Shown: positions 8,408-18,779 of the stretch, piece by piece
Layout of the letters: each line of letters starts with the position of its first letter
Position numbering within the stretch: position 1 is the first letter of the stretch
Origin: an uncultured bacterium
GTDB lineage: Bacteria; Patescibacteriota; Microgenomatia; Levybacterales; UBA12049
Direction of reading: 5' to 3'
Length of the DNA: 64,000 bases
Assembly: GCA_963826535.1 (NCBI GenBank)
Contig: CAWGXL010000010.1
Span: 234,814-298,813 of the forward strand
Position numbers and translations under genes: made by a program
Notes under the pieces: generated by a model
What the model saw: only the letters and a program-made list of their open reading frames with translations
What the model was told of the DNA's origin: nothing
Database searches by the model: none

Positions 8408-10195
8408 ATGAAATGGCGCTATCGATTTAGCTTATTATTTTTTATAATATTTTTTCTAATTATTGATAGCAGATTATATTATTGGCAGGTTGTCCGCGCA
8501 GATGAGTTGTCAGCTATGGGTCAGTCTCAATATGGAGCTGCAGTAAAATTAATTCCCCGCCGGGGTCCAATAAAAGTCTCGGACGGATTTGCAATTGCAA
8601 CAAATAAAATTACATATCTTGTTTTCGCAAATCCAAAGGTAGTAAAAGATAAAGAAAGCGTGGCAAATAAACTTTCTCCACTCTTGCAGATAAAAAGCAG
8701 TACTCTAAGTGCACGATTATCGTTAAATAGTTACTGGTCTCCTCTAAAACCTCAAATAGACGAGAATCTAAAAAACAAAATAGAAGCGCTTAAGCTCGAG
8801 GGAATAGACTTTGAAGAACAACCTAAACGTTTTTATCCCGAAGCGTCAATGGCTGCCAAAATACTAGGCTTTGTTGGAAAAGACAAAAATGGAGATCCTC
8901 AAGGTTACTTCGGTTTGGAAGGCTATTACGATAGACAATTACGCGGCAAAGCCGGCATGGGTATGCGCTTACATGATGCATGGGGCAATCCTATTGTTTC
9001 GAATATGAATAGCATTGCCGACAGGATCGACGGCCGTACGCTCATATTACACACAGACCGTGTTATTCAATATATTTTGGAGCAGGAACTAAAAAACGGA
9101 ATAGCAAAATATGGCGCTGAAAGCGGTATGGCAGGTATTATAGATCCTAAAACCGGTGGGATATTGGCGATGAGCGCATTTCCCGATTATGATCTCAGAA
9201 ATTATCAGGACTTTTCAGACAATCTTTATAAAAATCCGTTTATTTCCGATACTTACGAACCCGGCTCGACTTTCAAGCCATTTATTATGTCCGCAGCGAT
9301 TGACGCCGGAGTTATTAACTCCGATACCATCTGCACGATATGTAGCGGTCCCGTAGAAATTGGCGGCTATACCATCAAGACCTGGAATGACAAATACCAC
9401 GCGAACTCAACCATGACCGATGTTATTCAACACTCTGACAATACCGGAATGGTTTTTGTTGGCAAAAAGCTAGGTTTGGATCGTATGCTGAGTTATATAA
9501 AAAAGTTCGGATTCGACGATTACACAGGAATTGACCTACAGGGAGAGGCATCTCCGGACCTTAGGCCAAGGGACAATTGGTATCCAATTGACCTGGCAAC
9601 AGCTACCTTCGGACAGGGTATTACGGTAACCCCAATTGAATTACTTTCTGCATTTGCTGCGATAGCCAACGAGGGGAAAAGAATGGAGCCCCACATGGTC
9701 GATGCAATAGAAACACCTACAGGTGAAACGATCAAAATTCAACCCAAAGAATTAAGCCGGCCAATTTCTTCAAAAACGGCCAAAATTATGACTGAAATGA
9801 TGGTAAATGCTGTTGAGAACGGTGAAGCACAATGGGTGAGACTCAAAGGTTATAGAATTGCAGGTAAGACCGGTACAGCTCAAATCGCGCTAGCCGGTAA
9901 TTATGACCCAAGTAAAACAATCACTTCTTTTATCGGTTTTGCCCCTGCAGACGAACCAAAATTTGTCATTCTTGTAGTTTTAAATAAACCGTCCACATCT
10001 ATTTATGGATCTGAAACAGCAGCTCCGATATTTTTCAACGTTGCCAAAAAACTACTGACTTATTACAATATACCTCCAACCGGATCAGTAATCTCTACCC
10101 CTGAGCTATTAAAAGTTGTAGCAGACCCCCCACAAGACACACCTACACTTGATCTATCAATTTCACCTGAAGCTACGGAATCAGCCTCCCCTTAG
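8408..10195 (+). CDS. ftsI: Class B penicillin-binding protein (FtsI/PBP2 family)
   Basis: N-terminal TM, RFYP, YEPGSTFK (SxxK), SDN, GKTGTAQ. Confidence 0.92.
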   Translation: MKWRYRFSLLFFIIFFLIIDSRLYYWQVVRADELSAMGQSQYGAAVKLIPRRGPIKVSDGFAIATNKITYLVFANPKVVKDKESVANKLSPLLQIKSSTLSARLSLNSYWSPLKPQIDENLKNKIEALKLEGIDFEEQPKRFYPEASMAAKILGFVGKDKNGDPQGYFGLEGYYDRQLRGKAGMGMRLHDAWGNPIVSNMNSIADRIDGRTLILHTDRVIQYILEQELKNGIAKYGAESGMAGIIDPKTGGILAMSAFPDYDLRNYQDFSDNLYKNPFISDTYEPGSTFKPFIMSAAIDAGVINSDTICTICSGPVEIGGYTIKTWNDKYHANSTMTDVIQHSDNTGMVFVGKKLGLDRMLSYIKKFGFDDYTGIDLQGEASPDLRPRDNWYPIDLATATFGQGITVTPIELLSAFAAIANEGKRMEPHMVDAIETPTGETIKIQPKELSRPISSKTAKIMTEMMVNAVENGEAQWVRLKGYRIAGKTGTAQIALAGNYDPSKTITSFIGFAPADEPKFVILVVLNKPSTSIYGSETAAPIFFNVAKKLLTYYNIPPTGSVISTPELLKVVADPPQDTPTLDLSISPEATESASP

Positions 10196-10218
10196 ATCCA
10201 TTTAAAAACTAATTACAA

Positions 10219-10734
10219 TCAATTACCTGTTTTCGTTAAAAAATCCTCTAACCCCTTTATAACCATATGAAAACCTATCGGCTGTTTCAATACTTGATTC
10301 CTCGGAAAAAATCGAAAATCCGCAACATCATCATCAGCTTTCAAAATTCCGCTAACAATTTTTGCCGTTACTATAATACCCAGCGTTGGATTAACAATCT
10401 CCTGAAATAAATAGGTGTCTTCATAAACTCCGATAATATTTATCATTTTTACCTCAACGCTTAGCTCCTCCATAATTTCCCTCTTAACTGAATGTTCCAG
10501 GCTTTCCCCTGCTTGTATAAATCCACCAGGAACATCCCAATAACCTTTTTTCGGCTCAATCTTTCGTCTTACCAGCAAAATTTCCTTTTTTTTATTTTCA
10601 ATAATAACACCATTACATGGTATTGGATTTAAATATAATTTAAATCCGCAATGAACACATTGCAACAATTCCTCTTTTATCTCAAGCTTATTTCCACACC
10701 TGTGACAAAATTTATTAGCTTCTCTAGGATCCAT
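10219..10734 (-). CDS. Zinc-ribbon NUDIX hydrolase
   Basis: CHRC...CVHC; Nudix box GGFIQAGESLEHSVKREIMEEL. Confidence 0.9.
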   Translation of the reverse strand: MDPREANKFCHRCGNKLEIKEELLQCVHCGFKLYLNPIPCNGVIIENKKKEILLVRRKIEPKKGYWDVPGGFIQAGESLEHSVKREIMEELSVEVKMINIIGVYEDTYLFQEIVNPTLGIIVTAKIVSGILKADDDVADFRFFPRNQVLKQPIGFHMVIKGLEDFLTKTGN

Positions 10735-10735
10735 A

Positions 10736-11065
10736 CTATTTTATTTTTGCGCCGGCTTTAGATTTTGATTTCGCTTTGATAGGTATAGGCTTTACCCCAT
10801 CTGCACACAATAGCATACCCTGTGATTCTTCACCAATAAATTTTCTTGGCTCCAAATTAATAACAAATATAAATTGCTTTCCTTTAAAATCTTCAGGTTT
10901 ATAAATAGGGTACAGACCGGATAAAATATTCCGCTTACCTTCCTCCCCAAAATCCACAGTAAGCCTTAAAAGTTTATCTGCTCCCTCTTTCCGAACGCAA
11001 TCCACTACATCACCTACCCGCAAATCCAATTTAGAAAATTCCTCATAAGTAATAAATGGCTTCAT
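10736..11065 (-). CDS. Stand-alone tRNA-binding OB-fold protein (MetRS C-terminal/Trbp111/CsaA family)
   Basis: FSKLDLRVG, ADKLL, NLEPRKF.GEESQGMLL. Confidence 0.9.
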   Translation of the reverse strand: MKPFITYEEFSKLDLRVGDVVDCVRKEGADKLLRLTVDFGEEGKRNILSGLYPIYKPEDFKGKQFIFVINLEPRKFIGEESQGMLLCADGVKPIPIKAKSKSKAGAKIK

Positions 11066-11079
11066 AAATTAAGATTGTA

Positions 11080-11412
11080 TCAAATAAGCTCCCAAAAATC
11101 ACCAATTTGAATTTTACTTTTCTCTACACTACCAACTGGCAATTCCACAATAAGTGAATAAATTGGATTCCAAACGAAAATCCTGTTTGGTTTCAATTTT
11201 TTCCTTATTCTCACGACCTGTTTCTTCTTATCCAAAACAATTACATCAATAGGAAACTGCATAAAAAAAGTGTGTACCCCAAATCGTGTTTTAAAAATCA
11301 TAACCACAGGCGTTTTAATAAAAATCATTCCAAATATTTTCTGACCTAACGTTGATGCATAAATGGCATTTTTAGAAATAATTGTATGATTGGCATTATT
11401 CGAGATCTTCAT
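11080..11412 (-). CDS. DUF192 family protein
   Basis: VHTFFMQFPIDVIVLD, VELPVG; start moved to ATG 11412. Confidence 0.85.
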   Translation of the reverse strand: MKISNNANHTIISKNAIYASTLGQKIFGMIFIKTPVVMIFKTRFGVHTFFMQFPIDVIVLDKKKQVVRIRKKLKPNRIFVWNPIYSLIVELPVGSVEKSKIQIGDFWELI

Positions 11413-11456
11413 ATAATATTTATTATAGTAAAAATTTGCTATACTATGGTTATCCA

Positions 11457-12035
11457 ATGACTGGAAGAACACACGACCTTGCAGCATTTACTGCCTTAAG
11501 TATAACTGTTATTTTATTACCAATCGATAAAATTACACTTTCGACAGCTATTGTTGCAGTTGTAGCCAATATGATTGGTGGTATTGCCCCTGATATAGAT
11601 CAGCCAACCGCTCCCTTCTGGCGCAATCTACCAATTACCGGATATTTAGGAAGAACATTGACCAGACTTCTTGGTGGACATAGATTTCTCTCCCACTCTG
11701 TAATAGGCATCTTTATTTTCGGGTTTGGATTCCGCTATCTATTGAATATACTGCATCCAAGTTTCCCTCAGCTAAACATGGAAATTATCTGGTGGGCATT
11801 CATGATCGGTTTTGTATCTCATCTCGTTATGGACACATTCACCCGCGAAGGAGTACCATGGCTGCTTCCTGTCCCAATAAAATTTGGCATACCACCTCAT
11901 AAATTTTTCCGCATCACTACCGGCGGATTCATGGAAAGATTTATCCTTTTCCCGGCACTTATTATTTTTAATGGATATTTCTATTTTTCGAATTACTCCA
12001 AAATCCTAGACATATTAAAACACCATTTGAAGTGA
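11457..12035 (+). CDS. Membrane-bound metal-dependent hydrolase (YdjM-like)
   Basis: MTGRTH, PDID, HRFLSHS, SHLVMD. Confidence 0.88.
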   Translation: MTGRTHDLAAFTALSITVILLPIDKITLSTAIVAVVANMIGGIAPDIDQPTAPFWRNLPITGYLGRTLTRLLGGHRFLSHSVIGIFIFGFGFRYLLNILHPSFPQLNMEIIWWAFMIGFVSHLVMDTFTREGVPWLLPVPIKFGIPPHKFFRITTGGFMERFILFPALIIFNGYFYFSNYSKILDILKHHLK

Positions 12036-12052
12036 GCATTTTATAAAATCCT

Positions 12053-13246
12053 ATGTGGCAGGACATAAAAAATATTTACCATCTACTCCAAGCTATATAT
12101 GCCAACATAATAAATGGTTACCCTTCAAGAGGATTAACTATAATTGGCGTTACAGGAACAGATGGAAAAACTACAACCTCATTTATGATTTATCATATCC
12201 TAAGAGCTGCAGGCTTTAAAACCGCCCTCATCTCATCAGTCGCGGCTATCATTGACGGGAAAGAATATGATACCGGTTTTCATGTCACTAACCCAGATTC
12301 GTTACATTTACAACCATACATTAAAATGGCCCGAAATAAAGGTATTAAATATTTAATTATCGAAACAACCTCAATGGGCTTGCATCAGAACCGTGTTTTT
12401 GGTATACCTTTTAGTATCGCCGTTCTCACCAACATAACAAACGAACATCTCGACTACCATAAAACCTATCAGAATTATGTGAAAGCCAAAGCGCGCCTTT
12501 TCCAAGTCGCGAAAACTTCGATCATTAATGCCGATGATAAATCTTATTCTTATATAGTTCCATACATCCGGAATAAAAAAGTTATTACGTATGGAATGAA
12601 TAAAAACGCCGAAATAAATCCGATCGTCTTCCCATTTAAAACCAAACTACTTGGTAGTTTCAATACATACAATGCGCTTGCGGCTATTGCAGTCGCAAAG
12701 GATTTGAATATAAACGATGCGACTATAACCAAAGCTTTACTTTCATTTACAGCTCCAACTGGCCGCGTAGAAATTGTCTACAATAAGGACTTTAAGGTAA
12801 TTATTGATTTCGCCCACACCCCCGGATCTTTTAAAGCAGTACTTCCTGATATAAGCAAAATGAAAACAGGCCGTCTTATCCATGTTTTTGGCTCAGCCGG
12901 CCAGCGTGATAAATATAAACGGCCCGAAATGGGCAATATCTCATCAATTTACGCTGAGATCATTATCCTTACAGCCGAAGATCCTAGATCTGAATCTGTT
13001 GAAGAAATTATTTCTGAAATAGAGAAGGGTATAAATTCCAAATTCGACAAAAAAAACTTATTTATAATCCCCGATAGAAAAGAAGCTATTAAAAAAGCCG
13101 TTGATTTAGCTAAATACGGAGATATTATATTAACTACAGGTAAAGCACATGAAAGCTCCATGAATTATGGCAAAGGAGAAGAACCATGGAGTGAACATGA
13201 AGCTGTAAATGAAGCAATTAAAAAAAGAATGGTAAAAATTAAATAG
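12053..13246 (+). CDS. murE: Mur ligase, MurE type
   Basis: GVTGTDGKTTT, TNITNEHLDYH, GRVE, IDFAHTP, EDPR, GKAHE. Confidence 0.88.
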   Translation: MWQDIKNIYHLLQAIYANIINGYPSRGLTIIGVTGTDGKTTTSFMIYHILRAAGFKTALISSVAAIIDGKEYDTGFHVTNPDSLHLQPYIKMARNKGIKYLIIETTSMGLHQNRVFGIPFSIAVLTNITNEHLDYHKTYQNYVKAKARLFQVAKTSIINADDKSYSYIVPYIRNKKVITYGMNKNAEINPIVFPFKTKLLGSFNTYNALAAIAVAKDLNINDATITKALLSFTAPTGRVEIVYNKDFKVIIDFAHTPGSFKAVLPDISKMKTGRLIHVFGSAGQRDKYKRPEMGNISSIYAEIIILTAEDPRSESVEEIISEIEKGINSKFDKKNLFIIPDRKEAIKKAVDLAKYGDIILTTGKAHESSMNYGKGEEPWSEHEAVNEAIKKRMVKIK

Positions 13247-13247
13247 T

Positions 13248-13976
13248 ATGATACATTTTGACACCTCTAATTTTAAAACGTTTTCACAATATCCAAATTT
13301 AGTTAGCGCTTATTCGACCCGGTCTTCAGGATCTATGAAAGATCATGGCATAATCAATTTTCAAGTTATTAATTCTTTTCTTACGAAATTTAAAATCTCA
13401 TCAGACAGACTTGTTTTATCAGAACAAGTACATGGTGGTGATATTGAAATCTTAGATAATGTTCCAACAGAAAAAATCATCCAAAAAGTTGATGGTTTGA
13501 TTACTTCAAAAAGAAATATTTTTCTGGGAATAATAACAGCCGACTGTTTTCCAATACTATTTTATGATAGAAATAAAAAGATAATTGGCGCAGCTCATGC
13601 CGGCTATAAAGGCTTAAGCAAACTGATAATTAAACATATGATAGATGAATTAAAAAATTTAGGAAGTAATCTCAAAGATTTAATTGTCTATATTGGTCCA
13701 GGAATCGGGCTTTGTTGCTATTTAGTATCACAAAAGAGAATTGAGATGTTTAATAAAGTATTTCCGTCATATCAAAATTGGTATCAAAAGAAAAAGGATT
13801 TATTTTTTTTAGATTTGAAAAAAATTGCGTATCTAAATCTTAAAGAACAAGGGATACTTATTAAGAACATCAATATCTCAGAAATTTGTACAAGCGATCA
13901 TATTGACACTTTTTTTTCTTACCGCAAAGAAGGAGAATCTGCCGGAAGATTTATCAGTATTATTGGAATGACATGA
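13248..13976 (+). CDS. pgeF: Peptidoglycan editing factor PgeF (YfiH family)
   Basis: QVHG, DGLIT, TADCFP, AHAGYKG, FFSYR. Confidence 0.9.
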   Translation: MIHFDTSNFKTFSQYPNLVSAYSTRSSGSMKDHGIINFQVINSFLTKFKISSDRLVLSEQVHGGDIEILDNVPTEKIIQKVDGLITSKRNIFLGIITADCFPILFYDRNKKIIGAAHAGYKGLSKLIIKHMIDELKNLGSNLKDLIVYIGPGIGLCCYLVSQKRIEMFNKVFPSYQNWYQKKKDLFFLDLKKIAYLNLKEQGILIKNINISEICTSDHIDTFFSYRKEGESAGRFISIIGMT

Positions 13977-15394
13977 AAAAGAAAAAGAAATACATTCACT
14001 TTACAGGTATCAAAGGTGTCGGCATGACCCCACTTGCCATTATAGCCAAAGAAGCCGGATTTACTGTTACCGGATCAGATATAGATGAAGAATTCATCAC
14101 AGATGTTGCCTTAAAAAATGCAGGAATTAGTCCGTTAATTGGATTTTCAAAAGATCATATCAATAAACAAGATTTAGTCATAACCACAGGTGCGCACAAT
14201 GGATTTGATAATATCGAAGTTAAGAGAGCCAAAGAATTAGGTATAGAAGTCCTTACTGCCGGGGAAGCTGTAGGGATTTTTATGGACGGCAAAATTTTCA
14301 ACAAAAAATACCGTGGTATCTCTATTGCAGGAACTCACGGGAAGACAACCACAACAGGCATGTTAGCAACAATTCTTAAAGAAAACCGTTTTGACCCATC
14401 ATATGTTATAGGAACCGGGAACGTTGTCTCCCTAGGCGCACCCGGACGATTCGGTCGCGGCAAATACTTCGTCGCCGAAGCCGACGAATATGCCACAGAA
14501 CCCAATTATGATAAAACACCCAGATTTCTCTGGCAGCACCCGCAAATTGCCATTTTCACCAACATCGAATTTGACCACCCGGATGTATACGCCACTCTTG
14601 AAGCTATCCGCTTTGCATTTTTAAAATTTGCCAACCAACTTCCAACGAACGGAGTTTTAATTGCCTGTGGTGATGATCGCCAAATTCAAAAATTAATTAA
14701 AGAATACAACAAGCCAAATATAACCTACGGATTTTCACCTGACAATAATTATGTCATAACCAAAGTTAGCATTTCAGGCGATCATATGTTTTTTTGGGTA
14801 AGCGCGTACGGTAAAAATATAGGTGAATTTATGCTAAAAGTTATAGGCGAGCATAATGCGCTAAATGCGCTTGCTGCCTTTATAGCTGCAACTGAAGCAG
14901 GCGTGTCTCTGGAGAAAGCCAGATCGGCGCTTCAGGCGTTTACAGGATCAAAAAGAAGATTAGAATATGTTGGCGAGCTCTTATCTGGAGCAAAAATCTA
15001 TGATGATTACGCCCATCACCCCACTGAAATTGAGAAAACTCTCCTCGCGCTGCGAAAGCAATATCCGAAGAAAAAAATAACCTGTTTTTTTCAACCACAT
15101 ACGTTTTTAAGAACAAAAAAACTATTCGATGACTTTTTAAGAGCATTTGAATTCGTTGATACTGTAGTAGTAACCAATATCTATCCATCTCTTCGTGAAC
15201 AATTTGACCCGACAGTTTCTTCAAAAATCCTAGCTGTGTCAATGGAAAAATTCCATAAAGAAGTTATTTACCTCCCTAAATTAACCGATATAACAGATTT
15301 TATCAATCAAAAAAAATTCCGCTCCGATACTATAATAGTTACTATGGGCGCCGGCGACATTTATAAAATAAATAATAATCTCAAGTTTAAATAA
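13973..15394 (+). CDS. murC: UDP-N-acetylmuramate--L-alanine ligase
   Basis: HFTGIKGVGM, GTHGKTTT, EADEY, DDYAHHPTEI, FQPH, MGAGDI. Confidence 0.95.
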   Translation: MKKKKKYIHFTGIKGVGMTPLAIIAKEAGFTVTGSDIDEEFITDVALKNAGISPLIGFSKDHINKQDLVITTGAHNGFDNIEVKRAKELGIEVLTAGEAVGIFMDGKIFNKKYRGISIAGTHGKTTTTGMLATILKENRFDPSYVIGTGNVVSLGAPGRFGRGKYFVAEADEYATEPNYDKTPRFLWQHPQIAIFTNIEFDHPDVYATLEAIRFAFLKFANQLPTNGVLIACGDDRQIQKLIKEYNKPNITYGFSPDNNYVITKVSISGDHMFFWVSAYGKNIGEFMLKVIGEHNALNALAAFIAATEAGVSLEKARSALQAFTGSKRRLEYVGELLSGAKIYDDYAHHPTEIEKTLLALRKQYPKKKITCFFQPHTFLRTKKLFDDFLRAFEFVDTVVVTNIYPSLREQFDPTVSSKILAVSMEKFHKEVIYLPKLTDITDFINQKKFRSDTIIVTMGAGDIYKINNNLKFK

Positions 15395-15422
15395 GTAAAC
15401 TGACACCTAACTGACGGAGAAT

Positions 15423-15557
15423 TGTCATTCCGAGCGACCAAAGGGAGTCGAGGCGACACCAAGAAGTGGATAGTACCCTTGTGGTGAATCTCATACCACA
15501 TATCTACTTGGTGGCTTGAGATCCCTCCACTACGCTATCGCTTCGGTCGGGATGACA
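15423..15557 (+). repeat. Palindromic repeat family A with nested 33 bp hairpin insert
   Basis: tgtcattccgagcgac...gagatccctccactacgctatcgcttcggtcgggatgaca; arms nearly identical to 46356-46457. Confidence 0.92.
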
Positions 15558-15583
15558 GGGTGTATAATATGAATCATTAATCT

Positions 15584-16237
15584 ATGAACAACTGGCAGGA
15601 GTTCGCCGATTTAATCGGAAATAATAGAATAAAAGAAAACGAACACGCAAAATTAAATGTAGACGTTGAAAGGATTGAGGATCTAATATTTATATCCAAA
15701 CAAGCTGCAATCCACAAAATACCTCTTTTCATAATAGGAACGGGTTCTTTGACCAATTTACCAACAGGTCAACTAAACGGACTACTCATAAAAAACAATT
15801 GCCGCAAATTTGAAATATTTGTGATGTCAGGAAAGAAGCGCGAAGGACAGATGGGAACAATCAACACTTTAGTATATGCTGAATCCGGAACAATTATGAA
15901 TCAGCTTGTACGGTTTACTATAGAAGAGGGTTACAGCGGACTGGAATATCACTTAGGACTACCAGGCACAGTTGGCGGTGCCATTTACACCAACGCCAGA
16001 TACACTCCCAAAAATATTTATCTCAATGACAATGTCGGGAAAATTAGAATACTAAATAAAGATGGCCACATCCAAGAAGTCCACAGAGACTATTTTATCT
16101 CCCGCGCGAAAAGTAATTTCTCTGAACTCGAAAATATTATTCTTTCAGCAGTTTTCCACTTAGTTCCTGAAGATAAAAAACTACTCTGGCAAAGAGCCAA
16201 CGAAGCAGCAGAGTATAGAAGTAGACTAATTTCGTAG
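15584..16237 (+). CDS. murB: MurB FAD-binding portion only (truncated, possibly a pseudogene)
   Basis: IGTGS, ESG, GLE..LGLPGTVGGAIYTNA; stops before the QP..SAGS.FKNP and C-terminal domain. Confidence 0.75.
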   Translation: MNNWQEFADLIGNNRIKENEHAKLNVDVERIEDLIFISKQAAIHKIPLFIIGTGSLTNLPTGQLNGLLIKNNCRKFEIFVMSGKKREGQMGTINTLVYAESGTIMNQLVRFTIEEGYSGLEYHLGLPGTVGGAIYTNARYTPKNIYLNDNVGKIRILNKDGHIQEVHRDYFISRAKSNFSELENIILSAVFHLVPEDKKLLWQRANEAAEYRSRLIS

Positions 16238-16249
16238 TATAATATCTTT

Positions 16250-17284
16250 ATGGGAGAACTCGAACAATCACATTCTCCACCAGACAAACCCCAACAAAAA
16301 GAAAAGGGTTTAGAAATAAGCTTCTCAAATGAATCAGCTTCTGCTGTATTCCGTAATCTTGAATTAAATGCTGAAAATCCCACATCACCAGAAGTTAGAT
16401 TAACTGTAGAAAAAAGACCGATTACAATAAAAGAAGGAAAAAGTTATGGTACCTATGCTGTTTTAATTGATAATGAATCTGAGAGGATGAGAGCTCTCAC
16501 ACAGAAAGCAGAAACCCTTTTAGAACTACCAGAGAAAGAACGCCTTGCAAAAGTTCTCGATATTTTGCGGGGTAATGTGCACTACGCCTACAATGATGTT
16601 GTAGGAAAATTGTCTGAAACAAACCCAGAATTAGCAAAATGGGTAGCGGAAAATACCAGTCTCAATGCTTCATCAGTTACCAATGTTCCCCTTTCCGAAA
16701 TTATTGAAAAAAGATATGGTGTATGCAGACACTTAGCTGTGGCTTATTTATGGTTAGCACAAAAAGCTGGATTAAAAGGCATTATCTTGAATAGCGATTT
16801 GGGCGTAATAAAAAATATTCAGAGAAGTGATACAAAGGAAAAATTATTTAAATCAGTTGACATTGGAAAATCGGCGCCCGCGCACTCATGGGTTGAAATC
16901 AAAACAAGTGATGGGCAATGGATACCTGTTGATCCATCAACAAAACTCGTTGGTGATTCAGAGGAGAGACTAACCATGTTTAAAGAAGCAAACTATATGG
17001 CTTATGGGAATCTAGGCTTGGATATTGAATCGGAACCAGGAGGAGAGCTTTCCACAAAAGGAAAATCCATTATTTTTGCTCCAGCAGAAGCAAAAGCCTC
17101 TGGCACTTATTCTCTTGAACTAAAAAGCACAAAACCTACAATAATAATTAGAGGAGAAAACTTGCCACCTACTAACTTCCCATTTTCAGGTGAGGGAAGA
17201 TTAAACATAAATACAACCGAACAATTTGGAAGCATGGCTTTGGATATTGTTGATGTTAAAGAAGAGAAAACATTTCCCGTCTAA
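16250..17284 (+). CDS. Transglutaminase-like domain protein
   Basis: GVCRHLA, AHSWVE and WIPVDPS supply a Cys-His-Asp triad. Confidence 0.85.
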   Translation: MGELEQSHSPPDKPQQKEKGLEISFSNESASAVFRNLELNAENPTSPEVRLTVEKRPITIKEGKSYGTYAVLIDNESERMRALTQKAETLLELPEKERLAKVLDILRGNVHYAYNDVVGKLSETNPELAKWVAENTSLNASSVTNVPLSEIIEKRYGVCRHLAVAYLWLAQKAGLKGIILNSDLGVIKNIQRSDTKEKLFKSVDIGKSAPAHSWVEIKTSDGQWIPVDPSTKLVGDSEERLTMFKEANYMAYGNLGLDIESEPGGELSTKGKSIIFAPAEAKASGTYSLELKSTKPTIIIRGENLPPTNFPFSGEGRLNINTTEQFGSMALDIVDVKEEKTFPV

Positions 17285-17453
17285 GAAAAACTTGAAATCG
17301 CCATTTTCTAGATTTAACCATCAGAACATATTCCAAACGTGCAAACCTGAAATATTCAAGAAATGCCTGTCATAGGAAATAAATTAAGAGGTTGTTTCTA
17401 GAACTTGTGCATAAAGAATTTGTGCAATATTTATAGTATAATATAGGTTCAAT

Positions 17454-18779
17454 ATGGAAAAACTAATTGTAACAGGAGGAAATAAGCTCAAAGGAACGGT
17501 CAAAGTTTCCGGTGCGAAAAACGTCGCCCTGAAAACCCTCATCGCCGCTTGTCTTACAGACGAAGAAATTACAATTAAAAATGTTCCTCTTATATCGGAT
17601 TTCTTCACTATGATAGAGATAATAAAAGGATTAGGTGGAAATGTCAGGCTGACAGATCACACTGCGCGTATCCAAATTAAAAAAATCAAAAACCACAAGC
17701 TTTCTCTCGATATTGCGGCCCGTATTCGTACCTCATTCATGTTTATTGTCCCTTTATTACTTCGCTCCCATCATGCAGTCATTCCCAATCCTGGCGGCTG
17801 TAGGCTTGGAGCTAGACCGGTAGATAGATTAGTTGATGGTTTGAAAAAGATGGGTGCAAATATTACCTACAACCACGAGGATGGATTTTTTTATACCAAA
17901 GCAACAAAACTACATGGATCAGATTATACATTTAAGAAAAACACTCATATGGGCACAGAAACACTTCTTTTAGCAGCTGTGTTAGCCGAAGGTAAAACAA
18001 TTTTGAAAAACGCTGCAGAAGAACCTGAAATAGATGAGCTGATCGAACTTCTCAATAACATGGGAGCAGATATAAAACGAAACGGCAAAAGAATAATTGA
18101 AATAAATGGTGTGAAGAAATTACACAGCGCGGTTTATACTATCGGACCGGACCGAAATGAAATTGTTACATTTGCTTGTGCCGCTCTGATTACGCGCGGA
18201 GATATCTTTATAAAAGGAGCAAAAAAGGAGTATATCTCAGAATTTTTGGATAAATTGAAAATTGCCGGAGGTGGTATAGATGAAAAAAGAGATGGATTGC
18301 GTTTTTATTACAAAGGCCCATTAAATGCAGTTGATATTGAGACTAAGCCATATCCCGGATTTATGACTGATTGGCAGGCGCCTTGGGGTGTTCTTATGAC
18401 ACAAGCAAAAGGCGAGAGTATAATTCATGAAACTGTCTTTGAAAATAAACTAGACTATATCAAAGAACTCCAAAAAATGGGAGGAGTGGCAAAGCTTTTT
18501 AACCCCAAAATCGCGCGTCCCGAAGATGTCTACAACTTCAACCTATCGGATGACAAGTCCAAATATTTCCATGCTGTGAAAATCAAAGGTCTGACCACAC
18601 TGCATAACGCGATTATAACTATGTGGGATATTAGGGCCGGCGCCGCTGTTTTACTCGCCGCCCTCAACGCGAAAGGCACATCAAACATATATGATATAGA
18701 AAAATTAGACAGAGGTTATGAAAATTTCGAAAAAAGAATGATACAATTAGGAGCAAAGATAAAGAGAATTACAAAATGA
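17454..18779 (+). CDS. murA: UDP-GlcNAc 1-carboxyvinyltransferase
   Basis: SGAKN, PGGCRLGARPVD, AAEEPE, PYPGFMTD, DIRAGAA, DRGYE. Confidence 0.96.
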   Translation: MEKLIVTGGNKLKGTVKVSGAKNVALKTLIAACLTDEEITIKNVPLISDFFTMIEIIKGLGGNVRLTDHTARIQIKKIKNHKLSLDIAARIRTSFMFIVPLLLRSHHAVIPNPGGCRLGARPVDRLVDGLKKMGANITYNHEDGFFYTKATKLHGSDYTFKKNTHMGTETLLLAAVLAEGKTILKNAAEEPEIDELIELLNNMGADIKRNGKRIIEINGVKKLHSAVYTIGPDRNEIVTFACAALITRGDIFIKGAKKEYISEFLDKLKIAGGGIDEKRDGLRFYYKGPLNAVDIETKPYPGFMTDWQAPWGVLMTQAKGESIIHETVFENKLDYIKELQKMGGVAKLFNPKIARPEDVYNFNLSDDKSKYFHAVKIKGLTTLHNAIITMWDIRAGAAVLLAALNAKGTSNIYDIEKLDRGYENFEKRMIQLGAKIKRITK

